A DNA stretch of 64,000 bases from Paecilomyces variotii (GCA_004022145.1 RCNU01000001.1); one strand, 5' to 3'; numbered from the stretch's first letter, positions 13,063 to 26,415 are shown. The notes: generated by a model not told the origin, from the sequence alone. Program-made: numbers and translations.

Positions 13063-13239
13063 ATGGCTGCTTTGTCCATCGTTTCCGAGTCCATTGTTGA
13101 CACTGTCACCATTGCCCCTGAGCAGCTCGGTGAAATGGCTGGAGGCTGCGACACCTACATCGAAGATGACGATGACTCCCACCAGGACCCGCCTTCTCCT
13201 AAGCCTTGCCCTCCCAACCCTCCCCCTAGCCCTGCTTGA
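13063..13239 (+). CDS. Unannotated 58-aa small protein (MAALSIVSESIVDTVTIAPEQLGEMAGGCDTYIEDDDDSHQDPPSPKPCPPNPPPSPA)
   Basis: Strong start context (TCAAGATGG), codons mostly ending in C/T/G as in highly expressed fungal genes, upstream TATAA (12786-12790) and a CT-rich leader. Lies in an otherwise empty 3.3-kb gap and is below the ORF-track length cut-off. Confidence 0.65.
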   Translation: MAALSIVSESIVDTVTIAPEQLGEMAGGCDTYIEDDDDSHQDPPSPKPCPPNPPPSPA

Positions 13240-13992
13240 TTCGATCTGGGCGTGTCCAAAGGACATGATATCTTGAGTCTCCAACTTGAGGAACCGGTAA
13301 GTGGGTAATACAGTCATAACACCGACTGTCATATGTCCATACTGTGAACATAAGACTCGTCGACATGTCCTGTGTAACGGGTAATCAGCATACAGCTAAC
13401 GCATATTGCAGACCAAACAATAAACAAAAACACAAAAAAACAATAATAATATCGATGATGAAGAGAACAAGCTCGACAGTAAGTGCTTAAAGTCGCAGGC
13501 GGGGCAGTTGATCCTCCTAAGCTAACTCCCACGACCTAGCAACGTCAGCCACGGCATACGAACCGTGATAATATGCTTCAGGCATAGAACTGTTCATTCT
13601 AATGGCCAGACTTCCCCTGACACTCGGGGTAATAATGATTTCGGAGGACTGGTTTAATGCACTTTCCTAATAACTCATAATCAAATGTAATGTCTGATCC
13701 GGTCAGCCCGGAAATTTGAGAACTGTTCTTTCCATTTAGATTTCCGTAGTTTCCGGCATTTCGCGCAACCACAGCAGATGGTAAAATATCCCGTTGCTCG
13801 ATTCACGGTACACTCAAGGACTCAGTAGCAGAAGGGGGAACAAGGCTGAATGCCTAGTAGATTATGGGGAAAAGTAATGAATTGAAATGGCCTGTTATTG
13901 AGTATCTGCCTTGAAACATTTCAGGCATGAGTATAGTATTGAAACAGTTATGAGACAAACAAAGGAACACGGATATCCAAGAACAGGACAGA

Positions 13993-14798
13993 TTAGATCA
14001 AGGCAAGGATGAAGGAAGTGACGGCAGCCAGTCCCACGGCAGTCCAGCCGCTCTTGATGACCTGCTTGTTGGTCAATCCTCGACCAAGATCCCAAACCAA
14101 GTGGCGGATGCCATTGAAGCTGTGGAGCGTGAAGGGGAAAGCAACAATGTACTTGGCGAGGAACTTGGCAGCCACGGGAAGGGCACCGAAGGCAGCAGCG
14201 ATCGAGGTAGACTCAAGGTGCCATCCCAGCAGAGGAGAAACGAGGTAAGCAGTAGCGAAAGCGTAGAGACCACCAGAAAGAACGAAACCGGTGATACGGT
14301 GAGTGGCAGACAGGTACCAGGTGATCTGCGGGCGGTAGATCGCGAGGTGAGGGGAAACAGGACGGTTGAGACGCTGCTGGGCCAGCAGCTTGGTGGGATC
14401 AACGTTTCCAGCTGTCGAAGTTGCCGGTCTATATTCAAGTCAGAAACATTTCCATCATATTCGTCAAGGCAAACGCGCGCAGAAGGGATATCAGTAGCCG
14501 GCGGGATGGGTATGTCGTATGACGTCGATCCAACATCGCAATTCGAGCATGCAAGAGGGTATAATTCACGCAAAGGACTCATAACCGAGTCTACTCTCGA
14601 ACTGACCTCATTTGCATGTAGTTTCCAGTCGCAACAGCGGCGGGGGAAGCGAACTTGGCCATTGATAGCCTCATGGCCGAAGGCTGCTGGACGGCAACTG
14701 GAAGCGGAAATGGGTTAGTTGTGATCATACCAACTGGAGGACTTGTAAGGGAACGTACGCCGTCGCAGCGACTGTTGCGCAATCTTCTGGGAGAACAT
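13993..14798 (-). CDS. SDH3: Succinate dehydrogenase cytochrome b560 subunit (SdhC)
   Basis: Exons 14798-14759, 14697-14607, 14428-13993. Motifs QRLNRPVSPHLAIYRPQITW, HRITG and HSFNGIRHLVWD. Confidence 0.96.
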
Positions 14799-14924
14799 GA
14801 TGAATCAACCAATCTGTCGTGGCTCGCGATACTCAGCAGCGACGAGAAGACGAAGTCCAAGAAGTTGAGATCCTTCTTCTTCCATCTCGGAATCACGGGC
14901 GGCAGACCTCGGGAAGCCGCCAAA

Positions 14925-15504
14925 GTCACGTGACCATGACGCTTTGCACACACTCTCGAGCCAATCATGGAGGAGTAATTATCATCCGGAAGATCCTTCT
15001 TCCATCCCACCGACTTCCTTAAAAGACCTCCCGCTTCGCACGGCTCTCAGCTTCCTTTTTCCCTTCTGCAGAGCCTCTGCCTTCACGTCGTTACTCGTCT
15101 TCGGGCATGACGCGGTCGTGTCAAGCGTCGTCTCAATTGGTTTCGGCTTTCTGTCGCGACCGCCGGGACGACTTGAGGTTCTCAGAAGAAGACATGAGGC
15201 CCGTCGTTAATCGCCCATTCTTTTCTGTTCAATGAAGGGAAAGGGTTTCATATCAGGGTTACATAACCACCTGTCTCATTTGCACCATAGAAGACTACGA
15301 AATCTGTATATCTATTGTCATTCTGGCATGAGCCTCAATTCAGCGCTTAGCCAGCCCAGTAGCCAGTTATTATTTAGGTCGCGATGTGCATAGAAACACC
15401 AGCTCTGTGCGATCATTTATAGCGTACCCTGGAGTAGCTTCCTCAGGCTCTCATCAAATGAGATACATATCACGTGATTTCAATCGCTTAATCCAGTCAC
15501 GTGA
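14925..15504. promoter_or_regulatory. Three TCACGTGA E-boxes (bHLH, Cbf1-type) in the SDH3/NMO divergent promoter
   Basis: GTCACGTGAC at 14925-14934, TCACGTGA at 15470-15477 and 15497-15504. The same 8-mer occurs at 27680 (YAR1 promoter) and 34294 (RTT109 promoter). Confidence 0.5.
14961..14980 (+). promoter_or_regulatory. Putative bipartite CBC:HapX site (CSAAT-N12-RWT) upstream of SDH3
   Basis: CCAAT-catggaggagta-ATT about 165 bp upstream of the SDH3 ATG. Matches the Aspergillus HapX consensus, and SDH is an iron-dependent complex. Confidence 0.5.
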
Positions 15505-15619
15505 GTAACTAACTGATGAAGGCCGCTTGCTCATTGGATCTACCAGCTACACCTCAGTTATGCTAGTTATGCTATGTCTGATTACATAATGTAATAGCGG
15601 CACCCGACATGTAGACGGA

Positions 15620-15656
15620 CCTCGGCAAATCTCCAGATCACCAGACCCTCCCGAGG
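15620..15656. promoter_or_regulatory. Two FarA/FarB-type CCTCGG elements upstream of the peroxisomal NMO gene
   Basis: CCTCGG at 15620-15625 and CCGAGG at 15651-15656, just upstream of TATATAA at ~15725. A third copy lies at 14907-14912. Confidence 0.5.
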
Positions 15657-15827
15657 ATAACGCGATCCCAGTCTCCGTAATCAGATAGATTTCTATTCCT
15701 TTCATTATATGACGGTGGATAGGTTATATAAGACGCAGCCTCCCTATCTTTGTCTGCTGTTCTCTAGATTTTCATGTTTCTGATATCCAGAGAACCGGCA
15801 TAAGTACACCCACATAACTGTTTCAAC

Positions 15828-16985
<1,158 letters not shown>

Positions 16986-19392
16986 GTCAGATTCTCGTTA
17001 CTGAGCAGCTTCGGACACTCCCATTATGCGATCTTCGATGGATTCAATTTAGCTGCCACCACGGATTTGGCTTTATCTTGCGGTCCGCTGGTGGATCATT
17101 AGCATTGCGCCATAGGCTTTAGTCACCTTTGTCATTTTGAGGTCCTTAATGTCCGGATCTTCATTGAAGGTTCTTTTCCATGCCGGAAACCTAAACAGAT
17201 TGCACCGGTGGCAACAAATGGTTCGGCTAGATATGACACCGCGTATACAGTGTGATTCATGTCTTTATAGATGACTATTTACTACCTTTAAGTCTCCTTC
17301 CTATACTGGCTTGCTATGCGGCGATTTTCTTTAGGCCTGCCAATTATATATGAGCCATGTCTTCATCTGCAACCATTGCGGATAGAGATATCGAGTTGTC
17401 TTAGGAGTTGCATTTGGTATAGGGCGTCCTAGGTACCTGGCGAGATCTCCGGAAAGCTCTCAGATAGATTTTTCCTTCCACGTTTTTGCCATGCGGCTTT
17501 TGCATCCATGGACTTGACTAGGTCCCGGTTGTCATGATTCAGTCGGCTTTTTTTTTTTTTTGACACAGACCGCATTATGTCCGGATTCAGGATCTCGTCC
17601 GTATTCGTTCAGTCTTTCTGGCAGCCGCAGAAGTACCTGATTGTACACTCGTGAGTATTGTCGCTGAGATAGCGGTTATAATTTCCGCTTTATTTATGGA
17701 AAAGTCCTGTACCCATGGGCATAGTTAGGGCCAAATTGTGGCAAACTGGCTCATCACCTTTTCGATGAGGGTCTAGAAGACGCCATCTTCTTTCACGATT
17801 TGGAATATGCTGAAGAGCTTGGGCAAGGTAAGCCTAATCCAAGAGTCTAAAGCCATAAAAGGTACTGGCGATAACCTAAAATCGTGGAGCTGCTCAACAA
17901 GAGATTCGCATTCTCTAGATAAAAATCAATTATGATTCGGAGCATAACCAGACGAGATGTCACTGGCCGCATATGGCAAAGCCTGGGAATTCAACGCTAG
18001 TCCTTTTCCGGTCGAGCACGGCGAATCCGACTCATTCCAAATCACTCCCTTCGAGTCCCAGGGTTCTCTCCCTGTCGGCATTATTGACTCTCTCCTCACT
18101 TATAGCGGGACCACTTTCTAGACTCTGAAGTTCTGAACTATCACTGCCTCCATCTTACTGTTTTGGCAACTGACATTTTGGGGATAATTTTGAAAAAGGT
18201 TAGCAGGCGAACTACTACTGCAGGAGCGGCAGAGATTAATTTACCTCGCAGGACACCACACTTGTACCTCTCGCTTTGCAACGTCATCTGTGACAGTGTG
18301 TGAAGATGTGATTCGACCTCGTCCTGGAGACGGGCAGCTTAGTGCTGCACTGCCGTTAACAGAAGTCTGGGGAAATCCCGCTTGTTGAACCACTGCGGCA
18401 TAGCCGATGCTAACTGTGGGGTCATTTGGATGAGATCGCGTTGCCACTTGAGGGAAACCCGGATTAACTAAACAAATGCGGATAGTCTTTGTTAAACTAA
18501 CCCGTCCCTCAGTTCCATGGATGTCCTCATGACCACGAGTCCTGCGCGTTGTGGGCTAGTCCTTGTCATGAACAGATTACAGACTCAGATCCGTCATTCA
18601 GAGACAATCTTGTAGTTGGGAGAGGTCAACATCTGCAGCTTCAATGCAGAGAGATCGATCTATACAGAAAGAAACACGCCCAACGGGGGCTAGTAGCCGG
18701 ATCACACCGTGGACCTACATAGGGTGGATATACAACTTCCAAGAAAACTATGTTATCCCCGCGCAATATGATACCGATTATTCACTACTGCACATGGGCC
18801 TCAATAGATTTTTCATATGGTCTACTGTCTGCTCTGGCCAAACGCCATCTGCCGCACATAAGGCCGTCGCACCAAGTCAACTCACTCGCACGCATTGCTT
18901 GCTTTGTACTAAGCAAGCCACGAGCCAGGGGAGCACGTGGGCCGCGTTTTTCACCTATCTTTTTTCTTTGTTTAACCTTTGTGCGGGTATCCTCCGCCGA
19001 GGAATTGTTGGTCGATGGCTTTAGGACCATGCTTAATGGTACCATCTTTTCCGTTTTCGGTGGTTCATCTGTAGCACCCATGAACCCAAGTACATTGATC
19101 TGACTGCATGCGGAAAGCTAAAATGGGTCCCTGTCGACGTGAATGGAGTCAACTTAACCCCTCGTCTTGTTCTTATATCAAGGTCTTGCCGACCTACTAA
19201 CTCTTGTCCAATCCATCGTGCCTTGCGCTTCCTCCCTTGAGCCCACTACGCTCTCCCCTTCGAGGGGCATATTCGTGCCTTCAAACCAGTCTTCGGCTTC
19301 TCTTACTGCATTCGTTACAGTCTGCATTGGCAATCACTGGAGTGAGAACACTGCTTAGTCGAATCCTTCTCTGATTTCTCCAGTTAAATACA

Positions 19393-20154
19393 ATGGGTCT
19401 CTTTTCAAAGTTGTTCCCCTGCGCGAAGGACCGCAACGGTCTCAGAAAATCAGCGCAATCATCGCGCAACAACAGGCCGCACAGCACTATTTCACCGTTT
19501 GCCCTCGTGCAAGAAGTTGAATCGGAGCAAGTCAACGCCAGGCCTGTTTCTGACATCCCGATGCTGGACATGCCGTCATTCTCGGGATACAGTGTCTCGA
19601 AGCCGTCTGAAAAGGATATCGACCACCCTCCTGTTTATGCATCTTCCTCGACGTCTCACAATCAACAAGAGTCCACAGAGGACGTTCCCACAGAGAGAGA
19701 TGAGTCCAATAGTGCGGATTTAGACTCGTCCACGGAGCCACAGGCCGTCTCCGAAAATCCCAGAGATGTTGAGACTATTACTACGACCTCTGATGAAGCC
19801 ATTGATCCTCTCTCCCCGTCTCAGCATTCACCACACGTGGCGGACGACGAGACTCCTCCAGAAATGACAGAGGTTAATCCTGACATCCTCGAACCCCCGC
19901 CTAGCTACGAGCTGGCTGCCGGAGTCCGGGAATCCTCAACCGACAAGCCTAGGCGGAGGTCAATCATTGATATCCTCATCAGACGCGGAAGCACCATCAA
20001 GACGACACCTCCGGTTGTAACTCCTATTTGGCGGCCGGCACCAGCACCAGCTCCGATTATACCAGATCCGATTACGGAGCATGACCCCGACAGATTCACC
20101 TACGTCATTGGAGGACGCGAGTTTGATGACAGCGCCGATATCTACTGTCTCTGA
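19393..20154 (+). CDS. Hypothetical disordered protein (253 aa) with MG/Cys N-terminus and two PPxY motifs
   Basis: Intronless ATG ORF, good start context (ATACAATGG), CT-rich leader, S/T/P/E/D-rich. MGLFSKLFPC N-terminus; PPVY and PPSY. Confidence 0.7.
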   Translation: MGLFSKLFPCAKDRNGLRKSAQSSRNNRPHSTISPFALVQEVESEQVNARPVSDIPMLDMPSFSGYSVSKPSEKDIDHPPVYASSSTSHNQQESTEDVPTERDESNSADLDSSTEPQAVSENPRDVETITTTSDEAIDPLSPSQHSPHVADDETPPEMTEVNPDILEPPPSYELAAGVRESSTDKPRRRSIIDILIRRGSTIKTTPPVVTPIWRPAPAPAPIIPDPITEHDPDRFTYVIGGREFDDSADIYCL

Positions 20155-22676
20155 ATTCTTACTTCTTCTGTATAACGACCATTTCTTGAGCACATAAAGC
20201 GACTTTACGACCTTAGACGTTATGTTCTTCCTTTCCTGGGTGGTGATAGACTATTTGATTCCCTAGACCGTGTCAGATCCTCTTTATCCTTCTTCGCGAT
20301 ATCATCCTCAATTTCAACGTCAAGCAGGGACTTCACTTCATGCACATATATAGGGAATTCTTGCATGGGAATGACAAGGAATTGAACCATCAGACATGTT
20401 CACTGCACTTACGCTGGAAATCTAAGGACACTTCCGTCCTCACGTAGTAGGTTACATGCGATGCATCACAAATCATCGTAGTATGTATAGAAACTTTGCA
20501 CTTACTCTATGATCACCGCTCCCTCGCGCCCAAACTTCGGAGTGCCGAGAAGTCACATGGATCCGTTTAGTTATGATAGTAGTAGTAGCTCCCATGGTTG
20601 GTTATTTATCACATGATATGTGAACCACACTACCGTTGAGTGTCTGAATATAGAAACAAAATTCTATTCATATAGTGTGTCGCTAGATTGTGTGGTCAGA
20701 ATTCCTTAAGACTTTTCGCGATGCTAAGGCTTAAGGCACGCATCCTACTTCCAGATCTCGGTAAAAGTACTCAAACAATTACATGTCCATTATTCTCTCT
20801 ATCTATGCTCGTCATCGATGTAATTTCAGCATATCTCCAGCGTTACCTCTCCAGCATACGAGCAACATATTTTACACAATACGACGTGACTACCGAAGCA
20901 GACATGAATCGTGAGAGACAACATACAACAGACCCGATCTAGACAGGGAGATCATCCGCCGTCATCCCAGGTAGCTACCGTACCATCACCAACGTATGGC
21001 GATCACAAGAAAACACCCAATGAGAAGCCCATTCCATGATGCAGATGACTCTCTGTTGTGTCCGGATCGATCGACAGGAAGATCAGGGGGCTGAAAAGTC
21101 AAAGAAGCAACCAGCGGCATGAGCTTATCTATCGAATTTTTTTTTTCTTTTCCCTTATTGGCGATCATATAGGCACGAGCGATCGGCCTTGCAGATCCAC
21201 AACGAAGGGTGAAAGTAACTTAGAATCTATGGTACGCGAAGAGCTATCCGAGCTTTTTGGATCAAGGTCTTTCTTTGCCTGTAATGTAAAAGATGAGCTA
21301 TCCTGTGTGGGTTTTGCGGTTTGTATCTATTTACTTCCTTCACTGCATAGTCCGAGTCGATTCGATTACATCGCAATGTCATGGTAGTTCCATAATGATT
21401 ATGAATACCTGAATAGTTCCGGAGGATAAGTTAGCAGGCCGCGTACAAGCCTCTAGGTGGCTGGGGTCCCTCATGGCCACATGATTGCAAATAGTAATCG
21501 ATCAACGAGCCACATGTAGATGAAAAGAAGAGGCTAAGTTACGGAGTGCTCTAAGGCAGGAACAAAACTCTACTTTCCTTTATTTTTATTTTTCTTTTTC
21601 TTTGTTTTCCGGCATTCTTAGCATATCGCCTGTGCACGAGATCAGCATCCCTAGTCTAAGTAGCGGCTAGAATCGGTGGTCATGTATGGCAGGACTCGCG
21701 AGTGAAGAATGTTATAATACATCTATACATATCCCTTGCTTGATAGTTGGCGGGAAAGGATGAAAGCAAAGGCTGGCGCGGGGTCCTAGAAAAGAAGAAC
21801 CATACAGACCGAACAGAACAGTGGAAAATGATTGTCCGTCTGCTTCACTGAGACCGTTTGGACCATTGACAGATATCGTTATTCCATTGCTTTTAAATAT
21901 CAGATATGATACCGTTGGGGATAACGAATGCAGTAAATGGTAGATTGTATGGGGATGGCAGGAAGTAAAATTGCTCTTTTAAGATTCGGAAAAGGAATCA
22001 GTGCTTTTGTTTTTTCGAGTCACGAGCGCATCGCATAGATAGAGCGTGGATCTTGACGATCATTACTACGAAGTTTGTGGTAGTTAGTTGCCTGTTTATC
22101 TAGCATATCCTACAATACTATGGGGTGCACACCCGTGTACTACGCCAAATTAGACTAAGTCCAACCATAACACAACTCTAGCTCCGATCGCACTGTGCGG
22201 ATGAGATTCGAGTAAGCTGATGCTACATAATATGTATCCTGAAGAGAACTACTGTTATTAGAATAGATTGGAAGAGTAGATAATTTCCGGTTGTGGGTCT
22301 ACGGGTAGAAGGGAAAGTGGATATTGAAGCTGCCAGAGTACCAAAAAGAGTCTACAATACCAATCCCAGTTGGAATTGATCAGGAAGAACTACAAGTATT
22401 CAGGACCAGATACTATCATGTAAAGGCAGAGTATAAATGAAAATGTAAATAAATTGAAAGCTAAACCAAAACAGTCTTCATCGGAGGCTGTCACAGCAGT
22501 ACATATGAAGCTATAGATTATTCAATATGACCAATTATGCGCAGTATCCTCCTTATTACTTTGGAACCCTTCTCTCTCAAGCATGCCCGTCGCACCAGGT
22601 GGAATTAAGCTCGGAAATAGTTGAATATGCTGAATGTTGCTTGAACGATTGACGGGGCGAGCAACATGCGAGTCGC

Positions 22677-23179
22677 TTAGATGATGGAGCCGAGAGCAAC
22701 GCAAGGAAGGCCAACACCAACGACACCAGTGGCGTCGGAGGGAGAGTTCTGGCAGCATGCAATGTTCTGCTTGCACTGCTGGTTGACCAGGTCGTTGAGA
22801 CCGACACCAATAACGTTGACTGATTGCTTGTTAGCTGGAATTCTGGGGTATAGTGATACATCGCAGGAGACTTACTGTCGAGGGGCAGCTTGCTGCACTG
22901 GTCGAAGAGACCGAGACCAGCACCGGAGCCACCGCTGATGAGGCCGGAGAGGGCACCGCCGAGGATACCAGAGTCGGCGTTGGTGGTGTCACCAGAGTAG
23001 GTGGCCTTGTTGCAGCAGGAGAGGGTGGCCTGGTCACCACACTTGGTCTGGGCCTGCTGGACGGTCACATCCTTCTTGACAGGGAAGCGGATGTTGTTGC
23101 CAGAGTTGGTGGCATCCTGAGGAAGGGCGACGACGGCGGTCGCGAGGGCGAGGACAGCGGCGGTCAGAGAGAACTTCAT
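22677..23179 (-). CDS. rodA: Class I hydrophobin, rodlet protein RodA-like
   Basis: Exons 23179-22876 and 22819-22677. Signal peptide. Eight-Cys pattern [44 protein letters not shown]. Confidence 0.95.
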
Positions 23180-23316
23180 TTTGACTGTTGGAAGGGTTTT
23201 GCGAGGCTAAAAGCTCCGATTTTTTTGAAGACTGTGGTTTGGAGAAGAGAAGGTTGTTTGAAGCGAGAGTGTGATGCTGTTGATGAAGAAGCAATTTCTG
23301 CCGGCGACGATACAGG

Positions 23317-24169
23317 TTTATATAGCCGAAGCGAGGCCCAGTAAATCATGAATCTCTGCACCCTTGAAGGTGAGGTGCATCTACATTGCCCAAGATGGAA
23401 AGCCATAGTAACTTGGAATGCAGAATCCAGGGTCCAGTTTTCCTCCCTCTGTCCACTAAGGCATTGACGCTCACAGTTCCCCTGGCATGGAGCCTGCCTG
23501 GCATGGCAACTGGAATGGATCCTCTCTCCTGCCGCATGCAGCTGTGCACATCGTACTAGCTTGAGATCTCGCACTGGCCACTGGCATTCCAATGCTGATG
23601 AGGATCCACGTCCAAATGAGCGTTCATTCTTTCTTGGGTTCCGTAATGGATCCCACGGTCGAGATGGCCCAGTCTCTTCGGGAAGTCCCTCTGTCCGTGT
23701 TCGTCGAGTCTTTCTTTCCTTGAAATTTCTCTATACTCCCATCCCATTGACATTTGCCAATGATAGAGCTCCCTGGCATACTAGGAGCTTTGGCCCCTCG
23801 CAAATTCGGGACCCCATAGAAGGCGAATAACTCGCTCGACTTTGCGTCTGCGCAGAGCTTTCCAGGCAAAAGACATCCACAGAGTCTCAATAACTTTCCC
23901 GAATGAGGTATAGTGCCCGCAGCACGATTTGATTAAAAGGTATGCAGTGGCTGGGGCTCCATGGATAAGCTCTGAATTTGGAATGGACCCAGGAACCAGG
24001 AGAGAGTATGGATAGAGTACTCTGCAAGGCACGAGATGCCTTTCGGACCGCTCAAATGATTGCCGTCAGCCTGCCAAGCCCTAGACAAGCCTTCTAAGTA
24101 AATTAGCGCCGCAAGACACAAGGGAGCTCCAGCAGTTCAGCACATGCAAGGCCAGAGAGGACTCATTCC
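23317..24169 (-). promoter_or_regulatory. Conidiation-type rodA promoter: TATA box, AbaA (CATTCY) and BrlA (MRAGGGR) elements
   Basis: TATATAAA at ~23317-23324. CATTCY/RGAATG at 23415, 23512, 23585, 23625, 23980 and 24164. MRAGGGR/YCCCTYK at 23444, 23686 and 24119. Confidence 0.7.
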
Positions 24170-26415
24170 CTAGCAGAGCTAGGCGTCGTCTAGCAGTGTT
24201 TCGCCCCCATAGTTAGCTAGAATAGTAAATAGTAAGTCCTAGAGTCAAATCATTAATTGGAATTGGAGCTTGAAAATCTCCGCATAGCGGAGGATTCGAT
24301 GTATGTGTAATCTCTCAACCATGGAACTTGATCTGCTGTGGTTGTTGTTCATCCCTAGCTTGGCTGCGTTCAGAAGTGCTGAGTCATCCGCGCCTGTCCT
24401 CCCCCTTCTCGTGCCTCGTCTTCTCCATCACGGGCCGCTCCTTCTGACCATCCTCCTGTGGTTCGTTATCGTTGCGGGCTCTGAAAATCATGGAGAAATT
24501 CGTGTCCAGGGTCCCGCATAGCCTTCCTACGTGCCGTATCACATAAAGAAGTTACAGCGTTTGGGCCCCTATTGCCGTTTTCAAGAGTTGCACGCGGCAA
24601 GGTCAAGATTTCTGCTTTCGCACAATTTGAGATCCCCGAAGCTTAGTTATCCGCAGGGCACTACGGGCTGCTGGGAAATGTGCAGAGTGAAGAAATTTTC
24701 TCTCCTGAAAGCATGTATACGGGATACGTTGTGGCGTTGGAGTTCCCTGTTGAACGTCCTTCCCAGGTGCTTCAAACATGATCTAGATGTTCTGGTCTCG
24801 CCTCTCCAATGACTTTGAGATACTTCGAACCTGGTAAGCGTGTCATTGAGCGCCGAACAGGGCAAAGGGCAGTATGGAAACTTCCTATAGCCTCGATTTG
24901 TACCTCTGTTTATTGGCCGTGTGTCCATAGTGACTTCCTCCGTCCCACGAGGAAACACCACGAGACAACACAACCAGAGTCTAATAGCCCGAGGATATTC
25001 TGTCGAACAATAGTTGCGTATGGTAGTTTAGTCCAAGTATACGCCGGGGTATACTTCGTTCGAGGAAAAGTGATACAGAGAATATCTTTCAGCCACTTAG
25101 ACCATTCCCGTCATCCTGAAGACGTTGAGATAAGAGTCCTCACAGGTGGTCTATGCGGTCCGGGAACGGAGCAGGTAATCTTGAAGTCATTATTACCTAT
25201 GGATGTGACACGTTATCTGCCGAATTTGCTTGATTGTGAGATCAGTCAAATCGAGGAGGGAATTTCTCAATTCAAATTGTAGATCATTCTGTCAGCTGGT
25301 CAGACTGCAAGCTGGCTGGACCTTGCCTTCGTTTCCTGTCATAGACTATTTTTATCGTGGACCTTGTTTTTTCTGCGCCGGGACATAGGCTGATGTCTTT
25401 GGATGTCCGATGCATGCGTACATCCTCTGGTCCTGAAAATCGTAGAGTGCTTACAGGGAGTACAGAGGAATCCTATTTACGTAAAAGAAAGTTCACGAAT
25501 TCTAATTTGACTTGATATCTCAATCTTTTTCTCCTATAGTGTACCCTGGAAGTTGAGTTGTGACAAGTGAGGTTTTGAATGGATGACTGCCTATATCTAC
25601 ATGGGATACAGCGGTTTTCGTATTTGTGAGTATTTCTTCTTGGTGGCTATGTGGTCCGTAAGCTTCATGAAACTTGCACAAAGTTCGATTGTAGACTATA
25701 TTCCGAATTACATCTGAGAATGATGAATGCTTGAGTAGATACTGTGGCTGACGACTAGTGCCTTCCAAAAATATATAAATATATATCCGCACTACAGACG
25801 AGGGACAAATGGCACCGCTTGCCAGACAGAGTTGAGGAAGCATTACTTTATCAAGTTCGAATCTCCCAAAGAGAGACAAAGCTCACATCCTTTATCCAAC
25901 TGCAAAGGGCATCATTGGTGTTAAGTCTCTTTGTTCAACATGCGTGCACTGCCCTAGAGCGGGGATACCCCAGAAGGCCGGCCATTATCGAATAGAAGCA
26001 CGCTATCCACAAAACGAAGCTTGTGTATTGATAATATATGATTTATACAATAGTACCCATCATATAGAACCGTAAATATTCTCTCTTGAACATTATTCTA
26101 CTCCCTCTCACCTGTGAAGCAACATCGGTTGTTGTATTTAGATTGACCGAATCGGGAAGAAACCTTTGGGCGGCAGGGAAGCGCCGCGCTATACCAAATA
26201 CAGACTAGTGCACTACATCGGCGGCTGCAACTTCAGCGACTCGGAGCGCATACGCATAATAATGCCTTCTTCCATATCGACGCCCTGAGACGATATCGAA
26301 TGTGAGATCGCCTTGCCAACGGACAATGCGGTGTAGTGTGCACCGCTGATACCACTGAGAAATTTCCTTCGCTTCCCTTTGTTACTGAGAGAGCGTGAAA
26401 CCGTGCTAATACAGG

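Noticed and set aside
12649-13332. 227-aa minus-strand ORF and overlapping 117-aa plus-strand ORF
   Set aside because: Non-ATG starts and low-complexity translation. Better explained as shadows of the 58-aa ORF at 13063 and its CT-rich leader.
14429-14606. C/D snoRNA in SDH3 intron 2 (178 nt)
   Set aside because: Only an imperfect C-like ATGATG, and the CTGA coincides with the branch site. The short hairpins are not compelling.
14073-14718. 169-aa and 205-aa ORFs over SDH3
   Set aside because: Out-of-frame or antisense shadows that cross SDH3 introns.
17570-17900. Exon-like fragments with GTGAGT and GTAAGC donors
   Set aside because: Could not be assembled into a coherent ORF or matched to any family.
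24500-25880. 93-157-aa ORFs upstream of rodA
   Set aside because: No codon bias, domain or consistent splice pattern; probably non-coding regulatory DNA or unrecognisable relics.
17000-26200. Telomerase RNA, tRNA, 5S rRNA or snRNA in the large intergenic gaps
   Set aside because: No TAACCCTAA-type template, no GGTTCGA T-arm with a cloverleaf, and no U-snRNA signature were found by eye. A covariance-model search is needed to exclude them fully.
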